The position numbers and the translations under genes were made by a program. A DNA stretch of 64,000 nt from Tubulanus polymorphus (lineage: Eukaryota; Animalia; Nemertea), in assembly GCF_964204645.1 (NCBI RefSeq), contig NC_134027.1, positions 10,944,485 to 11,008,484 of the forward strand, in the 5' to 3' direction. Below, piece by piece: positions 37,430-50,812 of this stretch. How positions within the stretch are numbered: position 1 is the first letter of the stretch; each line of letters begins with the position of its first letter. The notes under the pieces are model-generated. The model saw only the letters and a list, made by a program, of their open reading frames with translations. It ran no database searches and had not been told where the DNA came from.

Positions 37430-39986
37430 TCAGTCGTCCAAGAACTGTTTGACTCTTTCGTTAAATGCATCCGCGTATCTCAGGTGAATATTGTGTTTAC
37501 CATTTGGGTAACGTTTTAATCTACAAAATAGACAAGTTTATGCAAGTCGATTTTAGAAAGCGAAAGACCATAAAAGCGATGATAACTGGCATATTTTCAA
37601 CCTGGAGTCCTGTTTCATAGACCAGTTACAACCTAAAGTACATTAATCTTAAGTACATTTATGACAACTTTGAGCCTATCATGAATTTAAGCCTGGACCT
37701 TTTTTGTACGCAGAACGCACAATCTAGTAGCATATACATTACTGCAATCAGAGTAAATTTTATCTCGAGTTTCGGAAAGAAATCAGGACAATTCCCACCA
37801 AATTGTAGTTTATTTCCCTCCTGAGATGAATTACAAGCTTCAAAGTTGTAAGTATGGTAGGCTATGAGGGATACGGCTTAGGAAACTCATTCCAGGAAGC
37901 ACAAGTTTCTTTTGCTTGTTCATCTGAGTTGAAATAAAAGTCATGAACAAGTGTTTTTGTTGATTACGGTAAGCCTGGATTATATGTACTTACGTCGAAC
38001 CAGCTATATTTTCATGTAAGTAGGTCGGATGGTATACCGGGACTTGTGGGTCTTTATCTCCGTGAAGAATAAGTGTTGGACACTTAACATTTTTTAAGTC
38101 ATCTTTATATATGTTGCCTATAAATCAAAATTCATGAAATTTGCTCATCTACACATTGCAATGTCTTAATTTCTGCTATGAAGTTTTTATGGCTACGTAC
38201 CTTCTTCACCATTACTCGCATATTTCAGAATGCTTTGCACCCATGACTCCCATAAATCTTTGAATTTCTCGTATCCGTACATGTCAATGTACGGTTGTTT
38301 CCTGCTATGGCTCCATTTATTCAACTCATCAATACCTACGATAAATATTATAGACAAAATCCATTTTGAAAATATTGGTTCACACTGAATGATGTTCGTA
38401 TAATTGTGCCAGCCAAAAATGCACTACAGAACACTCCTATTTACTCAAATACTTTCAAGTCGAATAACCTTTTTCCAACTCGAACACAAATGTTTGAACC
38501 AATGTAAAAGAATGTGAATTAAATTCCATTGTCGATCTCGAATTCTCGCCTCAAACTCGAACAAAAATCGCTAGTCCCAATTGGATTTAGTTTTAGGGGT
38601 TTACCGTAGTTTTCCTTAAAATTCAGTAACTATAGGCTTTTTATTCTAGATTGGTTCTATAGGCCAGCTAAATATGGGGATGTTTTCGCTAGAAGTAAAC
38701 CTCACTAAACCCACCTTACCACACTATCAAAGCTTAACGGCCCAGTTTCTTGAAAGTTGATTAAAGTTAGATTTTCATTCAGGAGCCAGTAGCCCAAAAA
38801 TTGGTTAGAGTTATACCAGTGGATAAATGACTTAGTGACAATCAAAAAGTCTATTGTTACTATAGCCGGTTATCTTAAACCAGCTTTTGAGCAAATGGCC
38901 ACAGAGCTATTTTGTTTACCACGGTATCTATCAGCTGCTTTAAATTTAACTTAAGATCTCAGCGAACGATCGCCTTTCTTATTTTGACGTCTGGCCACCG
39001 GTCGAGGCAGCCATCTTTTTGAGAAGGATATATACCATGATAACAGGCTCTCATCTCCTCGTCGCAGTAACTGTTCGAACCCCAGATAACCAATTTGTGG
39101 ACTAATTTCGGATATCGCGCCGCCAGGATAACGCCCGTATTGCCTCCATCACTCCATCCCATCACTGAGAAATAAGGCTTGCCAATTTTCTACAAAATAT
39201 ATATATATATATATATGTAATATGAAAAATTAAATAGTTAGAAGTTATTATAGGCTTTCGTTGGAAATTTTTAAGGGGGAACCTTCATAAACTTGGCAGC
39301 GACTTCAGCATCGTTGTGTAAAAATTGTTCAGTCCATTTTCGTTCGGGAGGTGTACTCTTCCCATAACCGGGTGGATCAAATGCGACTAATGTTACATCT
39401 TCTCCCCAGTTGTGTTTCAGTTGCGGTCCAAAATCAGTTTTTCCGGAACCTATAAAAACGTGAAATCCATTTAATGAAATTTCTCAGTCACAAGAGCCCA
39501 ACATAAAAAGTGACCCATGTATCCTAGGTACTAAGAAAATCGTTATTTTTTTACATTTTTTATAATACATATAGTACCGGTACCCGTAGGATACCAAATA
39601 CGTCCATGGCTCAGGGTAAAATCTCTGGCGTCCACGCTAATTTACCTAATGCACCAGGTATCAGCAGGATTGTACGGTCAGCATTTGTATTACCAACAAT
39701 CTCATAATGAATAGTTTTACCACTGACATCAACCATATGGCTCGAGCTACAAACAACACACGACATTGACAAATATTAAATTAAATTGACCAATACAAAA
39801 ACTAAAATTATAAACATGATAAAGGACAACAGCAAAAATTTGTGAATTATTTCTGTATTAAACGTTCAAGGTATTAAGATTGGTTAACGCTTACAAATAA
39901 GGCGTGCTGTAATGTAATTTTCTGACAAAACTTCCCAACGTTTTAGTGTTTAGAAGATGCGTAATCTTAAGCGCAGAAATATACAT
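37430..39986 (-). CDS. BPHL: Valacyclovir hydrolase / BPHL-like, tandem copy B (7 exons, same structure as copy A)
   Basis: ATG at 39986 (MYISALKI...), same intron positions, intact GWSDGG / HGDKDP / GKHNIHLRY triad, stop after QFLDD. Confidence 0.88.
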
Positions 39987-40654
39987 TGGTGCGAGCTGTC
40001 ATAAGTCATACCTTGGACCACGATGTGGTGCCACCTTGCGTAAATTTTCAAAACTAATATAGTAAGGTCGAGTACCATAAAAACTTTAATTTTACACTTT
40101 TTTATGACGTACAGATTATAGACGAAGAAAAGTGTTACAACTAATACTAATAATACTTATAGAAGTTAATATTAACGAGTATAAAATTAGTATAACTTAC
40201 AATGTCCATTTTTAAAATTTCACTTTCTTTGCTAAGGTGGTGATGGTTTACCCCTTTCCCGGACCGTGTTCTAATGCAGACAGAGTAGGACATTTTTGAA
40301 TCGAGTTTAAAGAATCTCGATAATTGAACTACGCGCAGAAGTTATTCAATAACAACGTTATTCGGCTAAAAACAATTCATGACCTTATCGATCTTATATA
40401 TCAAAATACATAAAGTATTTTAATAGCAGACCCACCCATTGAGTTACGTAGTTCTATGTCGGTAACCACTTTCCAGACAGAATAGGGCAATTTCTAAAAT
40501 CGAAATTTCCTCAGTTTAATTAAGCAGTTCATTCAATAAAACAATGCCGTACGGCTAAAAACAACCCACAGTACATTCTCTCGTAATTAAAATTGTAAAT
40601 AAATGCAAAAAGATGTTTATTTCTTTGACGGTTAAAGTGGTGGGATAGCTGCTG

Positions 40655-40735
40655 AAGCCAATGAACGCGAAGAATAATGATGTCATTGCGGATGCGTGCA
40701 ACGCGTGATACGGCTGGTGAGCCCGAGGTATAAAG
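40655..40735 (+). promoter_or_regulatory. Beta-tubulin promoter: CCAAT and TATA boxes
   Basis: GCCAATG near 40657 and TATAAA at 40729-40734, about 125 bp upstream of the ATG. Confidence 0.5.
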
Positions 40736-40856
40736 TCGTTCCCGCGCTCGGAATTGAGCTCCATTGTTATTAGGGACTGACTCCGTTCTCTATACAAAGC
40801 TACGGGAAGCAGATATTGTTCATTCGATTCTCAATTAAATATACATACAACCAAAG

Positions 40857-42864
<2,008 letters not shown>

Positions 42865-45800
42865 ATTATGTAGTACAGAATTTTTCTGCACACGCGTTCA
42901 CATATTTGAATTCAGAATTTCGAAACATTCCCGGAATATCTCCTCGTCGCGAGGCTTTCAATGTCTTCATATCTCGGATTTAAAGGCTATTTATTCAACC
43001 TAACTGTGCGTAATTTTCTTGGACTGAAACTCGCAATCGCTGCTTCTAAGTCAACCGGTCATGTGCATTTGATTTCGTTTAGAAAAGCTGTCTTTTATTT
43101 ATTTGTATTTTTATACATTTTGTAATAGTGATTTTAATTTTCCTCGTCGTCTCTCTTGAGTTCCTGATTATAGATCCTATCAAAATTGAAAAGTGACATA
43201 TATATATTAACGATGTGAGCTGTAATAATAATTAATTACTGTGTTGATCGAGCCGGTAAATAAATGTCAAATGAAATTCGATTAATTAAGAGCTTTGTTG
43301 TAGTTGAATTTATTTGCTGCACCGTATTCGTCATGCAGAGGGCTATAGGGCGAGGATCGGATCACATTTATAGGGCTCGTATATCTCGACACATGTTCGC
43401 TGTACCTATTACGCTATGATACCGAATTACCTAACAACATTTTTATGGCTGTAAAAATTCCGTTGGTGAAGCGCGCTGCGCTGAGAAATATAAATAGGGC
43501 CTACATCATTACGCGCTGTCTGTGAACTTCGGATTGTGGAAGTGCTACACAGACGGAACAGAGCGATGACTAATCGATCCGTGCCTGCTGCAACCGATGA
43601 TTCATCCTCCTGGTAGCCATGGTTACAGACTAGTGAACGGCGGGAAATGGTCTAGCAGTCTATCTCCTGAGGTGAAAAACCTGTTTGCTGCCTGATTTAC
43701 CCGACCCCAAACGATCACCATTTCTAGAAGATCAGAATCCCACTATGGCGTTGAAATGTCTGAGAAAATTTGGCCCCATTATACTCGCTGACAGTAGACC
43801 TGGCGATTTTTTTGTGAGGGTGTCAATTATCGAGGATCGACATTAGTGATGATAAAATGTGTTAATAGTGTTTGTGAGGATCATGTTGATCGTTTGAGAG
43901 GATCGTCATTAATGATGATACATAAAATGTCATGTGCGTATGGGGAATCATATATGATAAGTGGATCTACAGGTGCGGATACTCTCTCACCTAGTCAGTA
44001 ACCTGACTGTGGTTTAGTTTCACGATCGGATATTTTCACAAACCACATATTGGTATAAGCCCATCCGATTATAAAAAAGCTTACCACCAACGATTAGGTA
44101 ACTAACTATCTCTCACCATGATCTGGTGTCAAGCTGCATACATAAAGCATCGGTATCGTCAAATAGAAATAGGCGCTTTAAAAGTCAGATAATTCTCATT
44201 AACTCATAAGCCCGATTTAGAACGTGTATCCTGCAAGTGAATCATTCCCCATCCCCAGGGAATCAGTCAGACGTTTGAACGATGTTTGAACCTTTTCATA
44301 ACTTCTTCTCTGGTGGAGGCTGCAGGTGCCCGATTCATGACACTCGTCCCCGGAACGTGACTTCAGGGGGCGGATCTAGGAGATTTGGAATTCAGGGGTC
44401 CTGAAGAAGCTTTTTTTTAGATAAAGTAGTCATGTCAGGCCACCGGGGTCCCTCCCTCGCCGTAAGATGTTTTTTTGAAGAAATGTGTACATGATTCGAT
44501 GATATGCAATTTCTGAAAGGATGAAAATTATAAAAAGGAGTGAAATTGTGATTAATTTGATTCAAATGATGGGTGAAATTAGAAAAAAAACACCGTAGAA
44601 AAAGTTTTTGTTGAAAATTTTTTTGAAATTTTTCTTTTCAATTTGGTGATTTTTGCAGATTTTCGGGAGGAGGACCCGTGTTCCAAGTAACTAGAACTGA
44701 TACATGCCTAAATCCTGCAGCCATGGTAAGATCAATTTGAAATTCCTGTTGCCAGACATTTATGTGGTGGGCACAAGCGTCGGTGAAATTTTGTCCAAAA
44801 TGCACGATATACGTGTGCATCTGTATTACAAAAATTAACCCTGTCAGACCTGCCAGGTGCCCTAAATCTTGGGTGCGAATATTAACCTCAACCACCCACA
44901 GGGATTTTTTCATCGTGGGGTCCTTGGGCCAGACGCCCTTCAAATCTGCTTCAGAGACTACAATGTCCAAAAAAATAATAATGTAGAATATTTACTTTGA
45001 AAATCCTTTTAACTTATTACACGGTGCGTGCTTTGGAAAACTTGATACATGTAGTTTAATCTATCATCAACATCTGATCGATCACTCAATCCATTTTGAC
45101 TTTCAAAATCAGAATCTTCAGATGAGGTCTGCATCCAAATCAAAATTATCATCAGTACTTTCTTGATTTACCAAGTGTATAGCCATTATTTTCGAACAAA
45201 TTGTCTTGAACGGTGACCCTTCAAAACACATTGATTGCAGAATTCCATTTTCTATGCACCATCCACAATTGACTGGATCCCGGGGTGCCTCTAGTGGTCG
45301 AGGGTGTCTAAATGGTTGCCATTATCAATTGCAATTTCTCATGACACGATCTATGGTTATTGTGAGTTTCAAGGGGCATTGGTTACTTTAAATGCTCGCT
45401 AGGGGGCGTTGAAAAGCAGGTATATTTCCATATGTATAGTTTGTAACAACAATCAGTAGCTCATGACAAATTCTATAGACTGTGGCCAAATTCAAGCTCA
45501 TCCATATTCACCAGGAAATTGTCAGATTGCAAAGCGCTTCACTGAGTGGGCATGACGTCCCCTGGAACCCTAGTTTGTGAGCGTGTCGATCGTCTAAGAG
45601 GGTGGAGTGGACATAAGTGTGTTCGATTTGTGTAAAAATAGTTAATATGTGCTACAATGAATGAATCATCAACGCCTTACCCATCCCCGAAGATCGGGTG
45701 GTGTAAACCCAATATAAAATTCTGTCATTAGCGCTTCGTCCATAGAGAATTTATGAGCCATCGTAAAATCCTTATGTCACATGATGTGTCTGATTGATGA

Positions 45801-46346
45801 CATATGTATACATCTGTTACTGTTAACGGAGTGGAAATTCTCATTATCGTCACGTTTCTGATGTATGCAGGCCCGTAGCCAGCCATATACCTTCGGTTTT
45901 CTTGAATGTGGAACTTTTTTCTTGAAAATGGAATTTCCCGCGTATGATATCATGTCCTAAGAGTTTATATTACTCGCGCAGATAGTTTTTGATAATGAGA
46001 TGCTAAGATAATCGATTTTTACAACTTCTACCATATTTTGGGTTGAAAGGTTTTGCTTTGCTTCTTTCAATATGTGCATATTTTGAACGGAAACGAAGTG
46101 AATCTCTTGAAATCGATGCTCAAATTTTCTTAAGGCCGCAATCTGGGCGGAACTTGTTTAGTGAATGGCGGAGGGGGTTCGTTCGAGCCCCCGAACCTCC
46201 CTCAGGCTCCCTCCCTAAAAACGGGCATCCTTCTGCGAGTGTAAAAATTCATGACACCATACAATAATATACTGTACCCAATCGCTTGTTATTAACCGCA
46301 TATTGAAAATACACGCATGCAAAAAAAATATATTCGTATGGGATTT

Positions 46347-47453
46347 TTAATGAGTACTGTTCGCGTCGTCAGTTCTACCGTTCTGTGCGTCTGTTCTCCT
46401 GTTCTGTTCTCTGTTGGAAAGATTGTTCATGTAACGAACAATTGATTCAGTCGTTCGGGGTCCGTCGTATCGAATCGGTATTGCTGAACCGCTGTTACGA
46501 TCAAACACTAAGAACGTTGAATATTCCGGCACCTATCATTGAAACAACATGAATCAAAAAGATGAATCGCAAATTTTGAATGAATCGACGTATTTCGTCG
46601 GTTCTTTCCTACCGTGTATTCGTAGCAGAGTTGCAGGTCTTTGGTACAGTCGAATTCAGCCAGAGCCACCCTCCGTCCTGCCAATTGCCTAGCCGCTTCT
46701 ACGTATTCGGCTGCTATTCTCTCAGATCCAAAAAACCTCACCATCACAGGTTGCATCGACTTGGTAACCTCATCTTCAAAGTTTGTGCTGTTCAGCAACA
46801 TGACTCGACCCTCCTTAAAAATATATCTCTGAACGTTATAAAGGCCAGTGCACACTATCCATGGTTGGATCCAGAGTGAACGGAAAGGGGGTGTCCACTT
46901 TTAGGGCCTTTTTCCAAGCTTAGTCGCGATTTCGTAGCTCACTTACAATATAAATGATTTTTTAGAACTGATAATTACCAATACAAAATTGTCATACTTT
47001 TTCGGTTATTTTCGACTTTTCTTCCGAAGATATTCAGTCCGGAATTTACGAGGATGGAAGGGGACTTCAGAATTTAGGTGGGTGGGGGATGGGGTTCTGG
47101 ACCCCCACGTACACCCACTTTATCCGCCTATCAGTTTTAGAATTACCATTTTTTCTTTTTTTGCGAAAGGCACATCGTTAAGTACATGGTCGGAAATGAG
47201 ATTATAATTTTTGCACTTCGTTAAGGTTTACAACGAAATCGTCTGAAAAATTGAAAAAGAGATATCTCACCAACGCAAATGATGCCAATACAAGTGAGCT
47301 CATACAAAGAAATAACTGAAATACAAAAAGAAGGCAAAATAAGACAATCAATCGGACATGGATTCTTTAAAATCCGTATGGTTGTATAAAAAAACTAATG
47401 AGGACAAAAATCGAAAGTTGTAAAATTTCTAATTTTCGACTTACCTGAAACAT
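46347..47453 (-). CDS. Secreted single-domain thioredoxin/PDI-fold protein lacking CXXC (pseudo-enzyme); exons 47445-47453, 47271-47315, 46613-46828, 46347-46532
   Basis: Signal peptide MFQLFLCMSSLVLASFAL, then LNSTNFEDEV...VMVRFFGSERIAAEY...LAEFDCT...LC...YDGPRTTESIVRYM. The PDI a-domain pattern is clear but the APWCGHC segment is missing; frame intact. Confidence 0.8.
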
Positions 47454-48721
47454 TTTAGTATTTGAGGTCTAATGTCAATAAAATGTTGCGAACAAAAAAG
47501 TCTGCAAATTCTGGAATCTCCTTCAATGTTCAAGGAAGACGGAAAACAAAAAAATCTGAAATATCTGCCGATGTTTTTATTCCATCGAATCCAAGTCCTG
47601 TGTGTGTAGGGTCTGGTTCTTGCAGACCGGATTCATGGTTTAGACCCCGCCCTCCTGGAACGGATAGGCCTAACCGAAGCAAGTTTGATTGGTCTAAACG
47701 CGGACTCTAAAAAAAAACTAGTGACACGTTTGAACAAGCGAAACATTATGTAATAAGAAACTCCATAATCGTTGACAAATGGATTCAATTTATATTTTCC
47801 GGACAAATTGCTGCGGCTGAATTTTCTTGATTTCAAACAATGCGATATTCGGATTTGATGTCGGCTCGCGCCAGCCATATTTGACAAAGACTGAGAGCTA
47901 TTTTTACACCAGCTGTTTTACGCCAATTTGATAATGATGTTTGATACTGTATTGTCAGTAAAAAAAACTTTAAAAGTAATGTCAGCAAAATTTCATAAAT
48001 ATGTAAATCAGCAGCATAAAAACTGCGTTATATTTTTTTCGGTATCAAAGGGCCCAAATCAAAAGCATGCCTGATAACTATATTGCAATGTTTTCAAATC
48101 TTTCAAAGATGCTCGAATACGGTAGCGTTTTGTGATGGCATGACTCAAAAACAAATTTCATATTCATTCTTTGTCTTCGTTTTTTCTAGCTTTATTCTTT
48201 TCAGGACCTATCTACGACGTTTTACAAATCATAACCCTTTATGCATTGGACCGATTTCCCGAAAACAGATACTTGTATCGACTCCTGAAACATTAGTTCA
48301 TAGAAAATAAATCATGTGGAATTTCATGATCATGGACTCTAAAAACTATTCAGAGTCCTCCATTATTTTAAATTTGGTGCCCGAGCCCTATATGTACGCC
48401 GTACGATTTTTTTCCCTCGTGTAAGGTGCCATCATAAGTATTACATGTATAAGTATTACATGTATATTGTATTTTACATGATATTTTCTATGCGAATAAA
48501 GTTTATTGTATTGTATTGCCCATCGTGACGTCAATCCAGTATATTGTAAAGCAGCGCGTTGATTGGCATGAAGAGGCAGGTTAAGATATAACGCAATGAG
48601 AAATGAAGATTTGAAATGAAATTTATTTACACTCATCACCTCAAAATGTTAGTTTGGTACAAACCCAATATACAGAATTGAAGAGATGAGAATGAATTTC
48701 ATTTATCAAGAGTCAAATCAA

Positions 48722-48768
48722 AATACACGATATTTCGAACCCTCACTAGAGATCATCGTCAGGTATGA
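48722..48768 (-). ncRNA. Penelope-type minimal hammerhead ribozyme-like motif
   Basis: Minus strand ATAC-CTGACGA-TGATCTC(TAGT)GAGGGTTC-GAAA-TATC-GTGT: canonical CUGANGA and GAAA boxes, AUC site, short stem I, imperfect stem II. Confidence 0.5.
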
Positions 48769-49741
48769 GGGAATGATCAGAATCGAGAGTTAGGGTAGAA
48801 CAAGTTAATTGTTTAGCAAGGAGTATTTTTATCTGGAACTGCGGATTGTGTTTTTATGTTTAAATATTGTAATCAATATTTTGCCAGGTCATTTGTAGCT
48901 AAGAAAACATATTTGTAGATTTTTCCTATGTCCATTAATGGATCTAACCGTTAGTCTTTGTCACTTTTACCCGGATACCGTTTTGGCAGCTCAAGTAGGC
49001 TGTCTTGTTTATTGAGTATTTTGTCTGCCTAGCGAACTGGCTCTATTTTTGAATAAGTGATGTAATAGCAATATAAACAACTCTCAACTCACCTGCCCTC
49101 GCAACTAGTTTAGCTCTCATCAGGTAATTAGTGTCTTAATATGTCATTAAGATTTGGATGAACCAATCGCTAGAAGTTTTGGTCACTAATTTCTTGATGG
49201 GAGTGTCTTAATCAACTTGGTTTTTGGCAGCACAGATTTGATCACTCTGTGCCTGCTATCCAACTGATTAAGACGTAAAATAAACTGGTATTAACACATA
49301 AATTCAATCGTTTGAATTTTCAGGTGAGTTACATCCATTTTTTCATAGTTAAATCTTATATATGTTTTGGCATAATTGTGTACCTAGGCTTAGCTGAGAA
49401 ATCAGACCTTTATGTAACACGTACATTTGGTACTGAGAGTCAATTTTTATAGATTAGGTATTTAATCTAAAATGACGGCTAATGATTATTTGTTTGTAGA
49501 AATAGGCCTTTGTATTAAGTATGTAGTTAAAGAAAAGTCATTTTAGGACTATCTCAGTTACGATCTGATGAAGTATGAGTAATCAAGTAGTATAATATTC
49601 GATTCTATTCTGTGTATACTGTAACTAATTATCATAACACTCTGTGCCTGCTATCCAACTGATTAAGACGTAAAATAAACTGGTATTAACACATAAATTC
49701 AATCGTTTGAATTTTCAGTTTTTGTAAAATTGGCAACGCGC

Positions 49742-49865
49742 AAAAAGTCCGTTGCTAAAATGGTGGAGAACCCGTTGCTAAAATGGTGGAAAAGTCCGTT
49801 GCTAAAATGGTGGAGAACCCGTTGCTAAAATGGTGGAGAACCCGTTGCTAAAATGGTGAGAACCC
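49742..49865 (+). repeat. Tandem 23-24-bp array of LTR terminus plus PBS-like units (identical copy at about 52751-52861)
   Basis: Five CCGTTGCTAAA units, each followed by ATGGTGGAGAAC or ATGGTGGAAAAGT; the last in the 5' LTR is followed by ATGGTGAGAAC. Confidence 0.95.
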
Positions 49866-49892
49866 TTTAACGATTTCCGAAACCTCTTGCAA

Positions 49893-50678
49893 ATGAATCC
49901 TCGCTCGGTAGCACAAAACAACGGCAGGATAACAAGATCGACGACTTCGAGGAACGATCCTCTCTGGAATATGGCTGTACCGAGCTCTCCGGTACGTCTG
50001 CAGCCCGTCGATATACGTGTGCACAGCACGGACAATCAGGAAGCGCACGCGTTAGTACGGGACGAACAAAGCAATATGCCGAAAGTTAGTTTGGATTATT
50101 TTGGCGTCGGGTATGGTACCAATGTACCAGCCTGGTTGGATCGTTTCGACCAATATCTCAGGCTGAACAACGTGCCAGCGGAGAAACACGTCGATGTGTT
50201 TTTGTATCATTTAGGGCACCATGCGGCCAATATCAAGAACAGCCTTCCGGTGGCCGACCAACTTGATATCAATAAGTTAAAAACGGCACTGAAAGAGCGC
50301 TTTCAGCCGTTGGAGGACCAGTTGCTTACGACCAATATTATGCAAGCGCAAAACGAGTCGGTGAACGATTATCTTAACCGTATCGACATTCTCGCGTCAC
50401 AATCGTCACTGACCCCGCAACAAATCGTTTCGCGGGCAATACAAGGGTTACAGCCACGAATTGCGGCGACTGTAGCTGGCCATTTGCCCGATAGCATGCC
50501 GAAACTGCGAAAAATCGCCCTGACCGTCGAAAACTCAAGCAATTTCGTGCCGTTATCTACACCTGTTGTAGCCGCTGCTTCAACTTCAACGGATGCTGCT
50601 GTGGAGAAATTGCAGGCTCTGACGACCGTCATCGCCGAGCAGTTTCAACAGAATTTGAAAGACACCTCTGCTATGTAA
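49893..50678 (+). CDS. gag: Retrotransposon Gag (capsid) protein with no zinc knuckle
   Basis: WLDRFDQYLRLN, LKTALKERF, major-homology-like QAQNESVNDYLNRI, IQGLQPRI; first ATG at 49893, directly after the PBS. Confidence 0.85.
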   Translation: MNPRSVAQNNGRITRSTTSRNDPLWNMAVPSSPVRLQPVDIRVHSTDNQEAHALVRDEQSNMPKVSLDYFGVGYGTNVPAWLDRFDQYLRLNNVPAEKHVDVFLYHLGHHAANIKNSLPVADQLDINKLKTALKERFQPLEDQLLTTNIMQAQNESVNDYLNRIDILASQSSLTPQQIVSRAIQGLQPRIAATVAGHLPDSMPKLRKIALTVENSSNFVPLSTPVVAAASTSTDAAVEKLQALTTVIAEQFQQNLKDTSAM

Positions 50679-50812
50679 AATGGTCCGATGAATCTCCAAA
50701 TTCGTGGCAACCTTCTGATAATCTTACCCAGGCGGCCAAGGACGAGTTCTTCCGTACCCACACGAGACAGGGTAAAACGCGAAAACGAAGGTCCTGTTTC
50801 AAGAGATCATAA
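50672..50812 (+). pseudogene. Integrase C-terminal chromodomain remnant in the -1 frame overlapping the gag stop
   Basis: YVKWSDESPNSWQPSDNLTQAAKDEFFRTHTRQGKTRKRRSCFKRS* fits the chromodomain pattern Y.VKW...SW.P..NL....EF plus a basic tail. Confidence 0.7.

Noticed and set aside
49742-49865. CRISPR-like appearance of the 23-24-bp array
   Set aside because: No unique spacers, eukaryotic context, no cas genes; explained as LTR-end/PBS units.
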